Shown piece after piece: positions 61,837 to 64,000 of a DNA stretch of 64,000 nt. The position numbers and the translations under genes are program-made. Below the pieces are notes generated by a model that saw only the letters and a program-made list of their open reading frames with translations, searched no databases and was not told where the DNA came from. Position 1 is the first letter of the stretch. The number at the start of each line of letters is the position of its first letter. The stretch spans positions 2,432,001-2,496,000 of the forward strand of contig OY970296.1 of the NCBI GenBank assembly GCA_963716175.1, in the 5' to 3' direction. The DNA comes from an uncultured Armatimonadetes bacterium. GTDB lineage: Bacteria > Armatimonadota > Hebobacteria > Hebobacterales > Hebobacteraceae.

Positions 61837-63558
61837 ATGAGCAAGGCAGAGCGACTGGCCGACAACCCGCCCGCAGCACCCGACGTCCCTACGGTGGGCG
61901 TTTTCGCTATCTGCGACCCTCGCCTGGATCGCGCCTCCCGCCAGCGGGCCGCTAACATCGTGGAGATGGTCGCCAGCACTATCGCCCAGACGGTAACTCT
62001 TCCCGATGGCCAGCCCGCGCGGGTCGTCTACACCCCAGTGCTCGTTGACGGCGAGCGCCAGGCCGACATGGTGGCGCGGCAGTTCCAGGCCGAAGGCGTC
62101 GGCATCCTGGTCTGCGCCCCTGATACCTGGGCCTTCCCCCAGCTCGGCCTGATCTCATTGCTCTCCCAGTTCCCGGACGACACTCCCATCAACCTCACCT
62201 GCGGCAACAGCGGCCCGAAGCCCGGGGTGGTATTCACTCACGCCGCCAGCGGCGCTATCTCCCAGTACGGCCGGCTGATCCATATCAATGTCGGCACTTG
62301 GCCCGACACGGGCGAGCGGCCCGAGATGACCGAGTCCACCGCCACCGCGCTCATTGACTGGACCTTCGCCGCCGTCGCCTATCGCGCCCTGAAGGGTCGC
62401 CGGGTGGTGATCTTCGGCCATGACTCCATGGGCATGGAGACCGCCCTCGCCCACATCATCCCCACCCGCCGCACCTTCGGGCTGGAGATCACCCGCCTGG
62501 ATATGAAGCTGCTCGCCGATATGCTGCAGAAGAAGGCCTATCCCCAGCAAGAGCTGGCCGCTCTGCGCGGCTGGATTGAGAGGCACGTCGGCGATCGGCT
62601 GGAGCTGCGAGATCAGGCCGACCGGGCCCGCCTCGATCAGAGCCTGGCCATGTATCTCATCACCCGCGATCTGATGCGCGACCTCAACGCGGTGGGCGGC
62701 GGGTTCATGAGCCAGCTCGAATGGGGCTCCGATCCCCGCGGCCTTCCCCTCCCCGTGGCCGACATCATGGAATCCCTGTTCAACTCGACCTTCGACCACA
62801 ACGGGAAAAAGGCGCCCCTGCCCTATGCCACTGAGGCCGATGTGCAGGGGCTGCTCACCATGCTCTTCTTCACCTGGCTCAGCGGCGGCAATCCTCCGCT
62901 CTTCATGGACTTCCGCAAGGTCTGGGAGCCCTGGGAGATCAACCGCCTGGCGGAGGAAGTGGGCATCGGGAAGACCTGGGAGCCCAATGCCATCTGGCGC
63001 AAGAAGGGCCTGGTGGATGGCGACAACTCCGGCAGCGCCTCCTTCGATTGGGCGGCCGCGCCCGGCGCCTCGCCGGAGGAGATCATGCCCCGGGTATCCC
63101 TGCCGCTGGCCGACCCCGGCTATTTCCCCGGCCTGGGCAACTCCGTCACCTTCATCTCCCCCGGAGGCATCGAGGGCATCGCCGGTCGCCTGGCTTACAG
63201 CGCGAGCGCCAACCTGTTCTCCCTGGTGTGGGATGAGGCCACTACCGTCGAGTTGCCGGAGAAGCTGGCGCAGGCCGTCTGCCGCACCTCCACCCCGACC
63301 TGGCCCCACACGTTTGTGGTGCCCAAGCACGCCACCATGGGTGAGTACAAGCAGTACGCGCCCGCCAACCACTTCCATATGACCTGGGGGCTGAGACCGG
63401 CGCGGCTTCAGTACTGGATGGATCTGGCCAACGTGCTCTCAGTGACCCCCTGGCAGGCCCGGCCCGCCTATGTCGAGGGCAGCGACCGGCCCCTGCCCCT
63501 GCTCTACTTGCTGAATGGCGGCGAGACCAACGCCAAGCTGCTGCACGCCCGCCGGTAG
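61837..63558 (+). CDS. fucI: L-fucose isomerase family protein
   Basis: G.DSMG, ES..NS.FD.NG, ATEAD, NSG, T.PTWP, ANH motifs. Confidence 0.75.
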   Translation: MSKAERLADNPPAAPDVPTVGVFAICDPRLDRASRQRAANIVEMVASTIAQTVTLPDGQPARVVYTPVLVDGERQADMVARQFQAEGVGILVCAPDTWAFPQLGLISLLSQFPDDTPINLTCGNSGPKPGVVFTHAASGAISQYGRLIHINVGTWPDTGERPEMTESTATALIDWTFAAVAYRALKGRRVVIFGHDSMGMETALAHIIPTRRTFGLEITRLDMKLLADMLQKKAYPQQELAALRGWIERHVGDRLELRDQADRARLDQSLAMYLITRDLMRDLNAVGGGFMSQLEWGSDPRGLPLPVADIMESLFNSTFDHNGKKAPLPYATEADVQGLLTMLFFTWLSGGNPPLFMDFRKVWEPWEINRLAEEVGIGKTWEPNAIWRKKGLVDGDNSGSASFDWAAAPGASPEEIMPRVSLPLADPGYFPGLGNSVTFISPGGIEGIAGRLAYSASANLFSLVWDEATTVELPEKLAQAVCRTSTPTWPHTFVVPKHATMGEYKQYAPANHFHMTWGLRPARLQYWMDLANVLSVTPWQARPAYVEGSDRPLPLLYLLNGGETNAKLLHARR

Positions 63559-63578
63559 CGCAGGTTCCCAACCTGCGC
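63555..63578 (+). repeat. GTAG-type REP overlapping the fucI stop
   Basis: GTAGCGCAGGTTCCCAACCTGCGC; stem GCGCAGGTT/AACCTGCGC. Confidence 0.75.
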
Positions 63579-63617
63579 ACGGCGCATTTGTCTTCCGGCT
63601 CGTGGCCGGTCGGCAGC

Positions 63618-64000
63618 TCACTCGTGGACATATGCCCAGCCACCGATCTCCTCGATGACCCCTCCCCAGGCCTGCTTAGGGTATTGGCCGGAGGGCCAGT
63701 AGTGCATGGAATCGAAGTTCAGGAAACCCCACGGGCACGGGAGCCGCAGGTCGTAGCCGGCGTGCCAGTCGGCCAACCATGCGCCTCTCCCCATCTGGTC
63801 TTGGGGATCGGCTCGCGTGTACTCGAACTCGCGATGGCCCAGCACGCCAGCGTCGGGCACGCGTGGGAGGTAGCGTGGGACCAGCCTGGTCAGGGCGCCC
63901 GGATAGTGACCGTGGTCGCTTCTGAACTTCTCGAGCGCGGTGACCAGAGGCCGTGCTCGGAGAGGAATCTGCCGCGCAAACCACATGCGCGCCTGGACCG
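63618..64000 (-). CDS. Hypothetical protein, C-terminal part (truncated by window edge)
   Basis: Frame open to the edge; AL..F..DHGHYP..L..LVPRYL resembles pseudopilin-type C-terminal motif; GGWAYVHE end. Confidence 0.55.
   Translation of the reverse strand, partial: VQARMWFARQIPLRARPLVTALEKFRSDHGHYPGALTRLVPRYLPRVPDAGVLGHREFEYTRADPQDQMGRGAWLADWHAGYDLRLPCPWGFLNFDSMHYWPSGQYPKQAWGGVIEEIGGWAYVHE

Overview
GC-rich bacterial chromosome segment. The DUF6785-type membrane protein, URO-D/GH116/sugar-epimerase genes and MoxR cluster suggest a lineage such as Armatimonadota (inference only). Left to right it holds: sugar-catabolism genes; an EmrAB-type efflux pair; a complete nuoA-N operon of the fused-NuoCD type; an uncharacterised sugar-related cluster with a protein of four tandem ASRT-like domains; hemL; a Gfo/Idh/MocA plus DegT pair; the DUF4129-DUF4350-MoxR-DUF58 / SpoIIM-RDD cluster interrupted by a REP-associated HUH (RAYT) transposase; a small atypical island beside an orphan 3' half of tmRNA; a sensor kinase; a B12-binding radical SAM gene; a DUF4258/DUF2283 pair; a tetrapyrrole cluster (ahbD-like, tandem FAD oxidoreductase, two-component pair, sirC-hemC, cobA-hemD, hemB); and an L-fucose isomerase. 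The window is rich in GTAG/GTGG-type REP palindromes of several families. They overlap TAG stop codons, sit in frame inside at least five genes, and include a composite copy inside the RAYT gene itself. Four single-base frameshifts (nuoCD, nuoG, RDD, ahbD) look like long-read errors, so the apparent gene fusions need read-level checking. All family calls come from motif recognition by eye; no database searches were run.
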